A stretch of DNA of 64,000 bases from Bacteriovoracaceae bacterium (GCA_018649885.1 JABIHA010000113.1:1-64000), one strand, 5' to 3'; positions 27,945 through 38,444 are shown, counted from the first letter of the stretch. Made by a program: numbers and translations. Notes: a model not told the origin generated them from the letters alone.

Positions 27945-29282
27945 ATGGCAACCACACAGAACGAATCAAATCAAACCTCTCAAGAAATCATTGATAATTT
28001 AACATTTTGTGTTTTCGATTTAGAGACCACAGGTGGCAATCACAGCTATGACAAAATAATTGAAATTGGCATGATTAAAATGAAAGGCAGAGAAATTGTT
28101 GATGAAATGGGCCTTCTCATTGACCCCCAAGTTCAAATTCCTGAGTTCATTCAAAAGCTGACTTCTCTTACTCCCGAAATTCTTGAGGGTAAACCAACGA
28201 TCGATCAAGTATTGGAAGAAATTTTGGAGTTTATGGGTGACTCTATTTTAGTTGCTCACAATTCCTCTTTTGACGTTCCCTTCTTCAATTCTGTTCTAAG
28301 CAGAATGAAGAGAGCTAAATTAAAAAATAGAGTTATTTGCACCAATTTAATGACAAAATATTTGATTCCAGAAATTATGAACTCAAACCTTACTTATATG
28401 AGTCAAATTTTTGGTATCCCCCACCAAAAAGCACATAGGGCACTCGAAGATGCAAAAGCTGCGGGGATGTTACTAAAAAATTTCTTAGATATTTTCGTTC
28501 AAAAAAATATTAGAAAAGTGAATCAACTTTACTACCCAAGAAATAAATTTGAATTAGACCGAGTCCACTTTCAAAGAGAAAATGGAGTGAAGGAAATTTT
28601 ATCAAAAGTTTCTACTGTATCACTTCCTATAACTGTCACTATTAAAGCTGACCAAGGAATTATTCTAGCTATTTTCCCATTAAAATCTGGAACTGAAGAC
28701 CTCACATTCTTAGGCGATTTTTTGGAAACTTCAAACTGGAAAATGGTTACATTAAAGCTAGTTGGCTCATATTTTGAAGGTCTTCTCAATATGGCCCAAC
28801 ACTTTACAAAATATTCTCCTGATCACAGTTTGCATTTGATCGAAAAAATTTGTAAGGATATGAATATTATTAACCTAGAAGAACTGCAAGAAGGCTTTAA
28901 GATTGAAAAGTCTTTTTTCTACCAACAAGATTTTCTTTTAGTTCCACACCTTATTCCTGAGCAACTGATTGTTTATCCACTCGTCAATTTAATCCCCAAG
29001 AAGGAATTAATATTCCGCTATCCAGGACACAAGAAAAAAGTCATTCAATTTATAAGTGGTCAAGTACGGCGTTTCCCCCCAGATAAAAAGAAATATAGAA
29101 AGTCTTTTATTGCAAAAGAGCTGCTTCCTATATTTGACCATTTCTTGAATAATATCGCTGATAAAACATGGGGATTTAAATCAGACTTGCCACTAAAATC
29201 ACAAGGTAAATTCTATGACAAAGTCACAACTTTTATTGAAGAAAATGAGATTGAGTCTAATTATCCCAAGATGCATTTATAG
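27945..29282 (+). CDS. DEDDh 3'-5' exonuclease (DnaQ/PolC-exo-like) with unknown C-terminal region
   Basis: FDLETTG, VAHNSSFD, HRALEDA motifs. Confidence 0.85.
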   Translation: MATTQNESNQTSQEIIDNLTFCVFDLETTGGNHSYDKIIEIGMIKMKGREIVDEMGLLIDPQVQIPEFIQKLTSLTPEILEGKPTIDQVLEEILEFMGDSILVAHNSSFDVPFFNSVLSRMKRAKLKNRVICTNLMTKYLIPEIMNSNLTYMSQIFGIPHQKAHRALEDAKAAGMLLKNFLDIFVQKNIRKVNQLYYPRNKFELDRVHFQRENGVKEILSKVSTVSLPITVTIKADQGIILAIFPLKSGTEDLTFLGDFLETSNWKMVTLKLVGSYFEGLLNMAQHFTKYSPDHSLHLIEKICKDMNIINLEELQEGFKIEKSFFYQQDFLLVPHLIPEQLIVYPLVNLIPKKELIFRYPGHKKKVIQFISGQVRRFPPDKKKYRKSFIAKELLPIFDHFLNNIADKTWGFKSDLPLKSQGKFYDKVTTFIEENEIESNYPKMHL

Positions 29283-30558
29283 ACAGCAGTATGCAACTGT
29301 CAGTTGTATACTCGATGGATCCATTTAACTGGCCTAATAGGTGGTAAAACAAGCTATTTTTAACCAGTTGCTCTTTAAGCCTTTCAACATAAGGAAGGTT
29401 GAACCTAACGACAGTTTCATTTTCAATTACTTCACCGCTTATAGTTAATGGATTAGGTCCTTGATCGTTCTTCAGAATATCTAAGTGAGACCTTACTGTA
29501 ACAAGCTCACTAAAGAGAATGTACAAAAGCATTGTAAATATAGAGTCGTTAAAAACACCTTTTAACGAATTAATTGTATGGGATGTTATATCAATTTTGA
29601 TATCTGTTTGTGCAACTCGAAACCGGAGTAGATCTAGCGCCTGTTCAACTGATCTCCCAAAGGCAAAAGAATCAGATCTTTCAATTGTCTTCCTGGAAAA
29701 ACCTAAAAACATTTGAACTAAATCTCTACACCTTCTTGTTCTCTCAAGCATTTCTTGAATTTCACCAGATAACTGTGTGTCAGCTGCATCTAGTTCTAGA
29801 AGTGTTAGAACTGATAAAATCCCTGCAATAGGATTATTAAGCTCATGAGCAAGAGAGCCACAAATGATTCCAAGATCTTTTGAGGTAAGCCCACTCCCCT
29901 CTTTACCCATTGATTCATTTAATAAAACAATAAGACTATATTTCTCACCAAAGTCACTAAACTCGTAGCGGTGACATTGATATGTATTTCCTTGTAATGT
30001 GGTATTTTCACCATTTGACAACACACTTGCTGCTTCTGGAGCGAGCTTAAGATCAATAAATAATTTATTGTGGTAAATAATATCAGCATGTGAGTTAAAA
30101 ACGGCAAATGGTTTTTCGACAATCTCTAAAACCTCTTCCCAAATTTTTAGATTTTTTTGACTTTTATTAACGGATTTTGATTTTAAATATTTCTTATACT
30201 GAGTTCTAAGCTCAATATAAAATGCTACGACATTCCAATCAACGAAAGATTCATTGTGAATACTTAAATATTTCCCTCTTTTAGAAAAATCTAATAACAA
30301 GATTGTTCCCTTTAATTCGTCAATTTCATTTAATTTATAGATGTAAAAAAAGCTTTGAGGGGACATTGAATTCAATATTTCAATAAATTTACTATCAAAC
30401 TCTGCTTGGGTCTTGGAGTTTAAAAGCTCTTTTTCATTTATCCAATTGGGACCATAGAAATCAGCTTGCAGAATTTTGGTATTACGGCAATTGAGTTTCC
30501 AAAATTCGCTGGTATCTTTCTTTGCCTTTGAATAAATATTTTCGCGAATCTCCGCCAC
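29257..30558 (-). CDS. Histidine-kinase-like protein (PAS-like + HisKA; degenerate ATPase domain)
   Basis: H-box LAHELNNPIAG; no recognisable N/G1/G2 boxes. Confidence 0.7.
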   Translation of the reverse strand: MAEIRENIYSKAKKDTSEFWKLNCRNTKILQADFYGPNWINEKELLNSKTQAEFDSKFIEILNSMSPQSFFYIYKLNEIDELKGTILLLDFSKRGKYLSIHNESFVDWNVVAFYIELRTQYKKYLKSKSVNKSQKNLKIWEEVLEIVEKPFAVFNSHADIIYHNKLFIDLKLAPEAASVLSNGENTTLQGNTYQCHRYEFSDFGEKYSLIVLLNESMGKEGSGLTSKDLGIICGSLAHELNNPIAGILSVLTLLELDAADTQLSGEIQEMLERTRRCRDLVQMFLGFSRKTIERSDSFAFGRSVEQALDLLRFRVAQTDIKIDITSHTINSLKGVFNDSIFTMLLYILFSELVTVRSHLDILKNDQGPNPLTISGEVIENETVVRFNLPYVERLKEQLVKNSLFYHLLGQLNGSIEYTTDSCILLSINASWDN

Positions 30559-30560
30559 AC

Positions 30561-31499
30561 TTAAATCCTGGCCTCTACTAAACTCATCCCATCTATCTTT
30601 TTGCCATTAACCTTAACACCCCAGTGAAGGTGAGGACCACTAACTCTTCCTGACTTCCCAGATTTTCCAACTAATGCTTTTTTAGGTAGATAGACTCCAG
30701 CCTCAACCGAAATTTTTGATAAATGCCCATAAAATGAGAAAATATTTAAACCGTGATCAATAATAACAGTGCCACCTGTAAAAAATAGATCTCCTGCAAA
30801 TACCACCCTACCAGAGTTACTAATTCTAATTGGCACTCCCACCTTCGCCCTAAAATCTGTTCCTAAGTGAGCTGAGTGCTTATGATCATTATAAATCCTC
30901 TTAGTGCCATAATGAGAGGTAACATAGGAATCTAGTGGGATCATAAATGGTGTGCTAAAAAGTGGAGACTTAGAAGAGCGAGAGTAGATCTTCTTTAAAA
31001 TTTTCCCCTCTTTTACGGCCCTTCTAGCATCTTTTGGCGATAAAACGACTCGCTTTTTATCGACATTGAGTTTCTCTTGTTTATATTTCCCAAGTCGTAC
31101 ATTAATATTAACAATTCGAATTTTTTGTCCTGACGATAGAACAACGCACCCAAAACTTCCTGAGCCTGCGTAGTAGTTTTCAGAGAGATAAAATTTTAAA
31201 AAACCTTGGTCTATAAAATGAGGAATTTCTTTTCCACGACAAACCACTTTTAATTTTTCCAGTACTGACAACTTATCTAGCGTTATCAGTCTTACCTTCC
31301 CTGTCACAATTTCAAATGACTCGGACAAAATATTCTTTGCAACAGTAATAGTTTTTTGACTGGATTTTTTTTGCGTGCTGGCTTCCGGCTTATGAACTGT
31401 AATTGAGCCACAGCTAAACAGCACTCCCCAGCTACACAGTAATGTAAAAAACCTATTTATCTTTTTTGTTATCAACTTTTTGGGCCTTTGCTTTTCCAT
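30561..31499 (-). CDS. M23 family metallopeptidase (probable lipoprotein; start uncertain)
   Basis: HLGTD and GPHLHW motifs; LFSC lipobox-like. Confidence 0.88.
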   Translation of the reverse strand: MEKQRPKKLITKKINRFFTLLCSWGVLFSCGSITVHKPEASTQKKSSQKTITVAKNILSESFEIVTGKVRLITLDKLSVLEKLKVVCRGKEIPHFIDQGFLKFYLSENYYAGSGSFGCVVLSSGQKIRIVNINVRLGKYKQEKLNVDKKRVVLSPKDARRAVKEGKILKKIYSRSSKSPLFSTPFMIPLDSYVTSHYGTKRIYNDHKHSAHLGTDFRAKVGVPIRISNSGRVVFAGDLFFTGGTVIIDHGLNIFSFYGHLSKISVEAGVYLPKKALVGKSGKSGRVSGPHLHWGVKVNGKKIDGMSLVEARI

Positions 31500-32736
31500 C
31501 GTGGAATTGAATTAAAAATGCACTACCACAGGATAATTTATTAAACTTAGATAGACCATCAATAACCTGCCCTGATGAGTCTTCAAGATAGCTATAACCT
31601 CTAGTAAGTACTGAGTTTGGACTAAGTGCAAAAAGAACCTGGCTCCTGGTATCTATTCTATTTTTATTGAATTCGATCTTCTTGTTAATTGACTCTAAGA
31701 GGCGAGTTAAGAGCTCATCTAAAAGTAGCCTTTTGTCATCAAGCGACAAACACTTCTCCATGATTCGCTCAAGATTACAGGCCTCTAATTTGCGCTCCAT
31801 AAGCCTCAATTTTTTTTCCAGTAAATAAATCAAAGACTTTGGAGATGATCTGCTCAAAAGATTTTCGAGCTTGCTATACGTAAGACCCATACTGTGCAAA
31901 AGAACCGACCGGCACCTGGAGACCCTGTGGGCCAACTCTTTTTGTGGAGTTGTGATTAACTCTGCTGCTGCAGAAGGCGTTTCACAACGAAGGTCTGCCA
32001 CAAAATCGCTAATTGTAAAATCCACCTCATGTCCCACAGCAGAAATAACTGGGATCCTGCAGTTGTAAATTGCTTGTGCCAGGGCCTCATTATTAAAGGC
32101 CCACAAATCTTCAAGTGAGCCCCCGCCTCTTGTAAGAACAATCAAATCTACATCTGGGTCAGAACAGGCCTTCGAAATCGCCCTGATCAATTGCTCTGGT
32201 GCCTTTTCCCCCTGCACTAAGGCTGGCACTACCAGTAGATTCATATTGAAAGATCGTCGTCGAAATATATTAATAAAATCTCGTACGGCGGCACTTCCAG
32301 GGGCAGTTATCACCGCAATTTTTTTGGGAAATTTAGGTATTGCTCTTTTGATATCACTATCAAAGAGGCCAAGAGAGCGAAGCTTCAATTTCAATTTTTC
32401 GAAGTCTGCTTTCAAGTCACCTTTACCACTAAGTTGGATTCTTCTGGCGATTAGTTGAAATGAGCCACGTTTTTGATAGAGACCGATTGAGCCCGAAAGC
32501 ATTACTTTGTCACCATCTTTCAATCGCCGCATCACTGGGTTTCTCAGTGCATCCCCTTTGAATACTGCGACACTTAAAACTGATGTTGGATCTGAAATGC
32601 TAAAGTAGAAATGTCCTGATGTGGCCCTCGAAAAATTGGTGACCTCGCCTTCCACATAGACATTTCTAAATTCATTTTCAAGTAGATTTTTAATTTCTCC
32701 CATTATCTTGGAGACAGATGATACTTCTATACTCAT
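31453..32736 (-). CDS. xseA: Exodeoxyribonuclease VII large subunit
   Basis: GEVTNF, SGHFYF, RGGGSLEDLWAFN, SAVGHEVD, TPSAAAE, VLTRGYS. Confidence 0.96.
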   Translation of the reverse strand: MSIEVSSVSKIMGEIKNLLENEFRNVYVEGEVTNFSRATSGHFYFSISDPTSVLSVAVFKGDALRNPVMRRLKDGDKVMLSGSIGLYQKRGSFQLIARRIQLSGKGDLKADFEKLKLKLRSLGLFDSDIKRAIPKFPKKIAVITAPGSAAVRDFINIFRRRSFNMNLLVVPALVQGEKAPEQLIRAISKACSDPDVDLIVLTRGGGSLEDLWAFNNEALAQAIYNCRIPVISAVGHEVDFTISDFVADLRCETPSAAAELITTPQKELAHRVSRCRSVLLHSMGLTYSKLENLLSRSSPKSLIYLLEKKLRLMERKLEACNLERIMEKCLSLDDKRLLLDELLTRLLESINKKIEFNKNRIDTRSQVLFALSPNSVLTRGYSYLEDSSGQVIDGLSKFNKLSCGSAFLIQFHDGKAKAQKVDNKKDK

Positions 32737-32770
32737 TGGTATAGCTTACCCGAAATAGATCATTGTGTGA

Positions 32771-34177
32771 TTAGTTTTTCTTCAAACTATTAAGATTTTG
32801 ATATTTTAAAAGATTTACGGCCTGTAAAACTTGGTAATCCTTGGCCGGATCTGGCTTTTCAAAAATCTTATCGCCATCTTTTTTATTTTTCTTCTTTTTC
32901 TTTTTTGCAAGCTTTTGACGCCTTTTAATTCTCTCTTTCTTCTCTTCGGCAATCCGTGCAACCTTTTCTACTTTGGTTTCAATGGTGGCAACAAGATGAT
33001 TTCTTAAATCTTTCTCCCTTAGGTAATTGTTCTCAATTCTATTTTCTTCAAGGGTCTTGGAGTTATAATCTGCAATTTCAATATCAGGTTTAATTCCAAC
33101 AGCTTGGATTTTTCTATTTTTCGGGGTCATGTACTGAGCAATCGTTAGCTTTAGACCATTGTCAGAATCAATTTTCACTACTGTTTGAACAGACCCCTTT
33201 CCAAAGGATTGGCTCCCCATCAAAATGGCCCTTTGGTAGTCCTGTAGTGCTCCTGCCACAATTTCACTTGCAGAAGCAGAAGCGCCATTAATGAGAACAA
33301 CTATTGGCGTATTTAAATCTTTATAACCAGACTTATTTACATATCTCACTTCTTTATTTTTAGGATCTCTGCCTTCAGTAGAAACCACAATACCCTCTTT
33401 TAAAAATAAAGACGATACATTTACGGCCTCATCTAGAAGTCCACCAGGATTGGAACGCAAGTCGAGAATAATCCCCTTTATTCCTCCCTTCTTCTTGGCC
33501 TGCTTAGCAAGTCTTTTTAAGGACTTTGCAATATGTTTTGCTGAGTTTTTTTGAAATTGTGTCAGTCTTACATATCCATAGTTTGAACTCACTAATTTAT
33601 GTTTTACTGGAGGGATTTTAATAACTCTTCTTATGATCTCAAAATGCTGAATCCCAGGCTTTCCTTCTCTGAGAATGCCTAATATTATTTTAGAATTGGC
33701 CTTGCCTCTCATTTTTTTTACAGAATCTTCAAGAGTCATTCCAATTGTTGACTCATGATTTATTTCTACAATTTTATCTTTAGGCTTAAGACCTGCTTTA
33801 AATGCAGGTGTATCATCTATAGGAGTAATAATGTAGAGGATGCCATCCTTTTCGGAGACTTCAATTCCAAGACCACCAAACTCTCCAGAGGTATCGTCTT
33901 GCATTCTTTGAAATACTTCTTTTGCAAGAAACGATGAATGCGGATCGAGGGTTTCCAGCATTCCTTTCAAAGCGCCCTGAATAAGTTTTTTGTTATCTAC
34001 TTCACGATAGTATTGAGATTGAATTAAATTGAGTACTTTGTTGAAAAGCTCAAGCTGCTCAAAAGGTGAGTTGGTAACAGCACCAAGGTTACTGTAAGGA
34101 ATAAATGCAATTGTTGAAATTAAAAGTGAAACCGAAAGCGACCAGACAATGATCTTTTTTGCCAACTTCGAGCCCAT
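32771..34177 (-). CDS. ctpA: S41 carboxy-terminal processing protease
   Basis: LDPHS, GGLGI PDZ, DLRSNPGGLL, SASASEIV, FGKGSVQ. Confidence 0.93.
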   Translation of the reverse strand: MGSKLAKKIIVWSLSVSLLISTIAFIPYSNLGAVTNSPFEQLELFNKVLNLIQSQYYREVDNKKLIQGALKGMLETLDPHSSFLAKEVFQRMQDDTSGEFGGLGIEVSEKDGILYIITPIDDTPAFKAGLKPKDKIVEINHESTIGMTLEDSVKKMRGKANSKIILGILREGKPGIQHFEIIRRVIKIPPVKHKLVSSNYGYVRLTQFQKNSAKHIAKSLKRLAKQAKKKGGIKGIILDLRSNPGGLLDEAVNVSSLFLKEGIVVSTEGRDPKNKEVRYVNKSGYKDLNTPIVVLINGASASASEIVAGALQDYQRAILMGSQSFGKGSVQTVVKIDSDNGLKLTIAQYMTPKNRKIQAVGIKPDIEIADYNSKTLEENRIENNYLREKDLRNHLVATIETKVEKVARIAEEKKERIKRRQKLAKKKKKKNKKDGDKIFEKPDPAKDYQVLQAVNLLKYQNLNSLKKN

Positions 34178-34195
34178 AGAAAAATTCTCCCAAGT

Positions 34196-35221
34196 TTAAA
34201 TATATCTTTTCTTGAGCCACTCTTTAGAATTTTGAGCCATATTCTTTCTTCTGATTTCAAAATACAAAGGTGACTTTTTACGTCCTGTGTCTAAAGTATA
34301 CCCCAATATACTTCCGTGATCTACAAAGTCACCTTTTTTGACCTGAATATCCAAATCGCCCAAAATGACGGAGCGAATATCTTCACCATGATCAACTAGA
34401 ATTACATTTCCATAATTAGAAAGATCTCCAATATAAATAATTCGTCCCTTTCCAATAGAATAAATAGGCTTAACGCCTTTATAGAATAGCTCTACACCCT
34501 TTTTCTTATACTTCTTCCTAGAGAATACTCGCATGGGCAAGTCCAGTTTTCCTTTAAGTTTAGAAAACCTTGCAAATGCTCCACTTTTTAACCGTTTTAT
34601 CCGCTCACCTTTTGCTGTCTCTAATTGGTTTTTAATTTTCCTTGTTTTCGAGGCCTCCTCGAAATAGTTCTCTGCCACCATTTTTTTTCTGAACTCTAAT
34701 TCGTTCATTATCTTTTGAAGTTCGGTTTCCGTAGTTTGATAATCTTTAATTCTGACACGCAACTTTAGTAATTCATTTTGATAACTTACATTTTTAGCAA
34801 TCTGACTATTAAACTGAGAAATAATGTACTTAATCTCTTTAACTAATATCTTTTTCTTAATGGTCTCATCTATATCTTCGCTTTGAGTGATACCATTTGC
34901 GATTGTGAGCCTTAGAGATCTTTTAATCTTCTGATAATTATCCTTTAAGCTAAGCTCATTTTCTTTGAGTGAAGCTCTCACCTTTTCCATTATCAGACCA
35001 AGGCCTTTGGAGCGTTTGATTCCTTGAATATAGCGAGAATTCTTTTTACCTAGATCATTTTCAAGCTTTGAAAGATCAGTTTTGAGCCAATCGAGTTTTT
35101 TTGAGTGGAGAACCAAGTCTCCCTTTAATTTAGTAATATCACTAGGAATAGCAGAGTAGGCCATCATTGATAGCGAATACATTACTACGATGAATATTTT
35201 AACTAAAATTCTACAGACCAT
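34196..35221 (-). CDS. envC: EnvC-like murein hydrolase activator (coiled coil + degenerate M23)
   Basis: Coiled coil; YGNVILVDHG and LYFEIR; lacks HxxxD/HxH; follows ftsEX. Confidence 0.75.
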   Translation of the reverse strand: MVCRILVKIFIVVMYSLSMMAYSAIPSDITKLKGDLVLHSKKLDWLKTDLSKLENDLGKKNSRYIQGIKRSKGLGLIMEKVRASLKENELSLKDNYQKIKRSLRLTIANGITQSEDIDETIKKKILVKEIKYIISQFNSQIAKNVSYQNELLKLRVRIKDYQTTETELQKIMNELEFRKKMVAENYFEEASKTRKIKNQLETAKGERIKRLKSGAFARFSKLKGKLDLPMRVFSRKKYKKKGVELFYKGVKPIYSIGKGRIIYIGDLSNYGNVILVDHGEDIRSVILGDLDIQVKKGDFVDHGSILGYTLDTGRKKSPLYFEIRRKNMAQNSKEWLKKRYI

Positions 35222-35991
35222 TTTTTTAAATTAACTAATGAAAGGATTGATATAAACACCAGGCACCCAATAATTTTGGCAACTGGGGGTGGTGCGATTA
35301 AAAAAGATAATAATGTAGAAATCATAAAAACAGCGAGGATCCCGCATGAGAATATCTTCACCCTTACAAATTTCTTTCGTTGAAACTTTTCTATTAAATA
35401 ACTTCTTTTTTGAATAATCATAACAAACTGGAAGCTGAGAACGCCCCACAATATAACTAGCAGTGCAAAAATCCCTATGCGACTCTTCATTACAGTGAAT
35501 TTGACCTTATCTTTCAATGCCCGACTCTTTGTCTTTGGGTCGTGCACTGGAGAAAGAGAAACATCATCCTTACCAATTAGCTTTCTTGTAAATTCCTGGA
35601 TCAATTCTTCTGCTCTTGAACCTATCCCTGTTTCCATAAATACCGTTAGCACTTTGGGATCGATATTAAAATACTTACTAGATGAGTTGATATCTAGATT
35701 TTTTAGAATGCTATTTGTTTTTTTCTTTATTACAGCTTTTTCTTTTTGGATCACTCTTGAAATACCCGGAAGCTTTCTTAAACGATTTAAAATTACGCTA
35801 GAATCTATTTTTTTCTCGTATACAACATGAAAGAATTTATTCTCACTACCTGTGCGACTTAATTCTAATGCATTTAAAACAAATCCTTCTTGTTGCCAAA
35901 GAAGAGTAAATAAAAAAGTGGACACCAAAAAAAGGCCTCCCCTAACCGGGTAAGCGGAAACCAATTTGATAAATTTGGTTAGATAAAACAT
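35203..35991 (-). CDS. Divergent FtsX-like permease
   Basis: One N-terminal TM, periplasmic loop, three C-terminal TMs; between ftsE-like and envC-like genes. Confidence 0.6.
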   Translation of the reverse strand: MFYLTKFIKLVSAYPVRGGLFLVSTFLFTLLWQQEGFVLNALELSRTGSENKFFHVVYEKKIDSSVILNRLRKLPGISRVIQKEKAVIKKKTNSILKNLDINSSSKYFNIDPKVLTVFMETGIGSRAEELIQEFTRKLIGKDDVSLSPVHDPKTKSRALKDKVKFTVMKSRIGIFALLVILWGVLSFQFVMIIQKRSYLIEKFQRKKFVRVKIFSCGILAVFMISTLLSFLIAPPPVAKIIGCLVFISILSLVNLKKWSVEF

Positions 35992-36695
35992 GCATGTCCC
36001 GAATAAATCATTTTACCGTTATCCATGTGAACAATCCTTCCAGAGAACTGTCCCACAAGATTTCTATTGTGTGATGCCCAGATAACAGTCATTTTTCTTT
36101 TTGAATTGTAATAACTCAAAACCTCAAATAGCTTTTCACTATTTCTTTGATCGAGAGAACTCGTTGGCTCATCAGCAAGTAAAATATCAGGTCTTGATAG
36201 AAGAGCTCTAATAATAGCAATTTTTTGCTTCAGACCTCCATTGCAGTCTTTAATTTTTAAACCTAGAGAGTCTTCAATACTAAAATAACTAGTTAGCTCT
36301 GATACTTCTTTTTCAAATTCTTTTTTGTTTTTGTAAATGCTGGGATCATAAGCAATGGACAAATTGGCTTCACAGCTTAAACTAGGCTCCAGCTTTAAAT
36401 CCTGATAAACAGTTGTACAAAAATGCCTTGAGGGATCAGGAGTTAGAAGTCTACCCTCTGTTGGTTTTAAGTCTCCTGATAATACTTTAAGAAGAGTTGT
36501 TTTTCCCGCACCTGAAGGCCCGGTTACAAAAAGGATTTCTCCTCTTTCGACTTTTAATTGGATTGAATCGAGAGCAAGTTTGCCATTGAAATCTACAGAC
36601 AAACCATCTAGGTAAAAGAGGGAGTCGTTACTTGAAAATCCGGGATTATTTCTCTTTTGAGCAGAGATGATTTCTCTTCTAAGCATGTAGTTCAA
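35979..36695 (-). CDS. ftsE: FtsE-like ABC ATPase
   Basis: GPSGAGKTT, LLADEPTSSLD, ASH; ftsEX-envC-ctpA synteny. Confidence 0.75.
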   Translation of the reverse strand: MNYMLRREIISAQKRNNPGFSSNDSLFYLDGLSVDFNGKLALDSIQLKVERGEILFVTGPSGAGKTTLLKVLSGDLKPTEGRLLTPDPSRHFCTTVYQDLKLEPSLSCEANLSIAYDPSIYKNKKEFEKEVSELTSYFSIEDSLGLKIKDCNGGLKQKIAIIRALLSRPDILLADEPTSSLDQRNSEKLFEVLSYYNSKRKMTVIWASHNRNLVGQFSGRIVHMDNGKMIYSGHACFI

Positions 36696-36725
36696 TCCTT
36701 GAGTTTAACAAACCATCCATGATTT
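36692..36725 (-). promoter_or_regulatory. Two GGA-loop hairpins (CsrA/RsmA-like sites) in the ftsE leader
   Basis: Minus strand AAAUCA-UGGA-UGGUUU and UCAA-GGA-UUGA, the latter covering the SD and TTG start. Confidence 0.45.
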
Positions 36726-36827
36726 GCCTGGGTCCCTAAAGACTCAGCTCTTTCATTTTAACTTGATACAGCATCTGTGTAAAGATATCAGAGATTTGAA
36801 TAGATTTTATTTATGATCCGACAGATT

Positions 36828-38249
36828 TTAGTCAACAATTTTCTCTTTTTTGAGCAATTCATGGGCGGAAGGGCTACAAAATACGTTGGGTACAAAGTTA
36901 AAAGTATTTTGAATCTTGCCAATAATTGAGTTTTCTACTTCGGCAAGAAGTTTCACTTTGCCGTCATCAAATAAAATTTTGACTGGATCTCTAGAGTGTA
37001 AAATATTCTCACCCTTTAGCCCCTTAACGACTTGTTGATAGCTTTTTACAAAAACAATGTCTTTATTTGGGAGATCGGTAAGAATCCAGTCATTACTGGA
37101 TCCTTTTTTCTTAAGAACTTCATTGATTTCACTAATCTTATCTTCGGCCCTCTTTACTTGCTTGGCCCTTAATGATGTATCATCTTGGCTTAAAAGGTGA
37201 GAGTTAAATTCCTTGCAGTTAATTGAAACTGGAGATATTTCAAAGAGTATACTTTCGGCCAATTGATAGATTTTTTTGTCTTTATTAAAGGCGCCCTGAA
37301 CAAAGTGCTTGTGGACCGTTTCAATGAAATACATATCGTTAAACCGATAGAATTCAATTGGATTACCTGCAATCAAATCCAGAAGCTCTCCGTAGCGATA
37401 GATCAGTCCATTTTTAATTAGGAAAAAGGTAATTTCCTCTGCGATAGCATCGTACTTCGCTCCCCTTGCAGACCTTATCACTTGCGAATACCAAGCAAAT
37501 CTGGCCATTAAAAAATCTTCAACACAGTGAAGGGCCCCCTCTTTAATGGTCAACACATCTACACCGCCAATATTGGCCGTTTTAAAATGATGAAGTAGAT
37601 AATCGCGGTCATAAGCGCCATACTTTAGACCAGTGTAATGGGCGTCTCTGAGAAGATAATCCATCCGGTCACAATCAATTTCAGAATGTAGAATTTGATT
37701 GGCCAAAATATCTTCACCCATCCCTTTGACCAGATAGGATATTCTTTGGGGATCAAACCCATACTTATTTAAAATATGAGTGATACCACCTGAGTAATTT
37801 GTGTTTTTGATAATATAAGAGCCGAGATGCTCATGGTTATCACTTAACCCTTTTCCCGATTTCTTGTTTGTAGTCTCTCCATACCTAACATAAGCTCCCT
37901 CAGTAGTATGAGAAAACATAAATGTTCCAAGATCGTGCATTAAAGCTGCAAGTCTAATAGATTTGTGAAAAACAGCTTCTTTGTTCATACACTTTGGATC
38001 TAATAACTCTTCGTGAGGCACTGCCTTACCAATGGCCTCAAGCATTTTTTGAGCATTATTCATCACTCCTATTGAGTGACCAAACCTAGAATGTTCAGCT
38101 CCAGGAAAAACATAGAAAGAAAACCCAAGCTGCTTGATCCATTTGAGCCTTTGATAAAATGGCGAGTGAATAATTTCCCACTCAACAGGTGTAACCTGAA
38201 TAAATCCGTAGATTGGATCGAATACGAGATTGTTTTTTGACCTACTCAA
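36828..38249 (-). CDS. HD-domain phosphohydrolase, SAMHD1/dNTPase-like
   Basis: DPIYG, YQRL, QLG, HSRFGHSIG, MHDLG, DCDRMDYLLRD. Confidence 0.88.
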   Translation of the reverse strand: MSRSKNNLVFDPIYGFIQVTPVEWEIIHSPFYQRLKWIKQLGFSFYVFPGAEHSRFGHSIGVMNNAQKMLEAIGKAVPHEELLDPKCMNKEAVFHKSIRLAALMHDLGTFMFSHTTEGAYVRYGETTNKKSGKGLSDNHEHLGSYIIKNTNYSGGITHILNKYGFDPQRISYLVKGMGEDILANQILHSEIDCDRMDYLLRDAHYTGLKYGAYDRDYLLHHFKTANIGGVDVLTIKEGALHCVEDFLMARFAWYSQVIRSARGAKYDAIAEEITFFLIKNGLIYRYGELLDLIAGNPIEFYRFNDMYFIETVHKHFVQGAFNKDKKIYQLAESILFEISPVSINCKEFNSHLLSQDDTSLRAKQVKRAEDKISEINEVLKKKGSSNDWILTDLPNKDIVFVKSYQQVVKGLKGENILHSRDPVKILFDDGKVKLLAEVENSIIGKIQNTFNFVPNVFCSPSAHELLKKEKIVD

Positions 38250-38385
38250 TTCTGATAAATTCCTTGATAAAAAATATCCGTAGAAACCATTGTCTCATAA
38301 AAAAAAAAGAGGTGACGTTACTAGTCAAAGTTACCCTATTAAATAAATTATATGGAATATTGGGAAATGACCGTGAGGTTTGATC

Positions 38386-38415
38386 AAAAAAAAGGAGCAA
38401 CTCAGTTGCTCCCTT
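38386..38415 (-). terminator. Rho-independent terminator
   Basis: Minus strand GGAGCAAC-TGA-GTTGCTCC followed by T8. Confidence 0.8.
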
Positions 38416-38444
38416 CACAATATATAATTACCTTGTCTAGTAAT

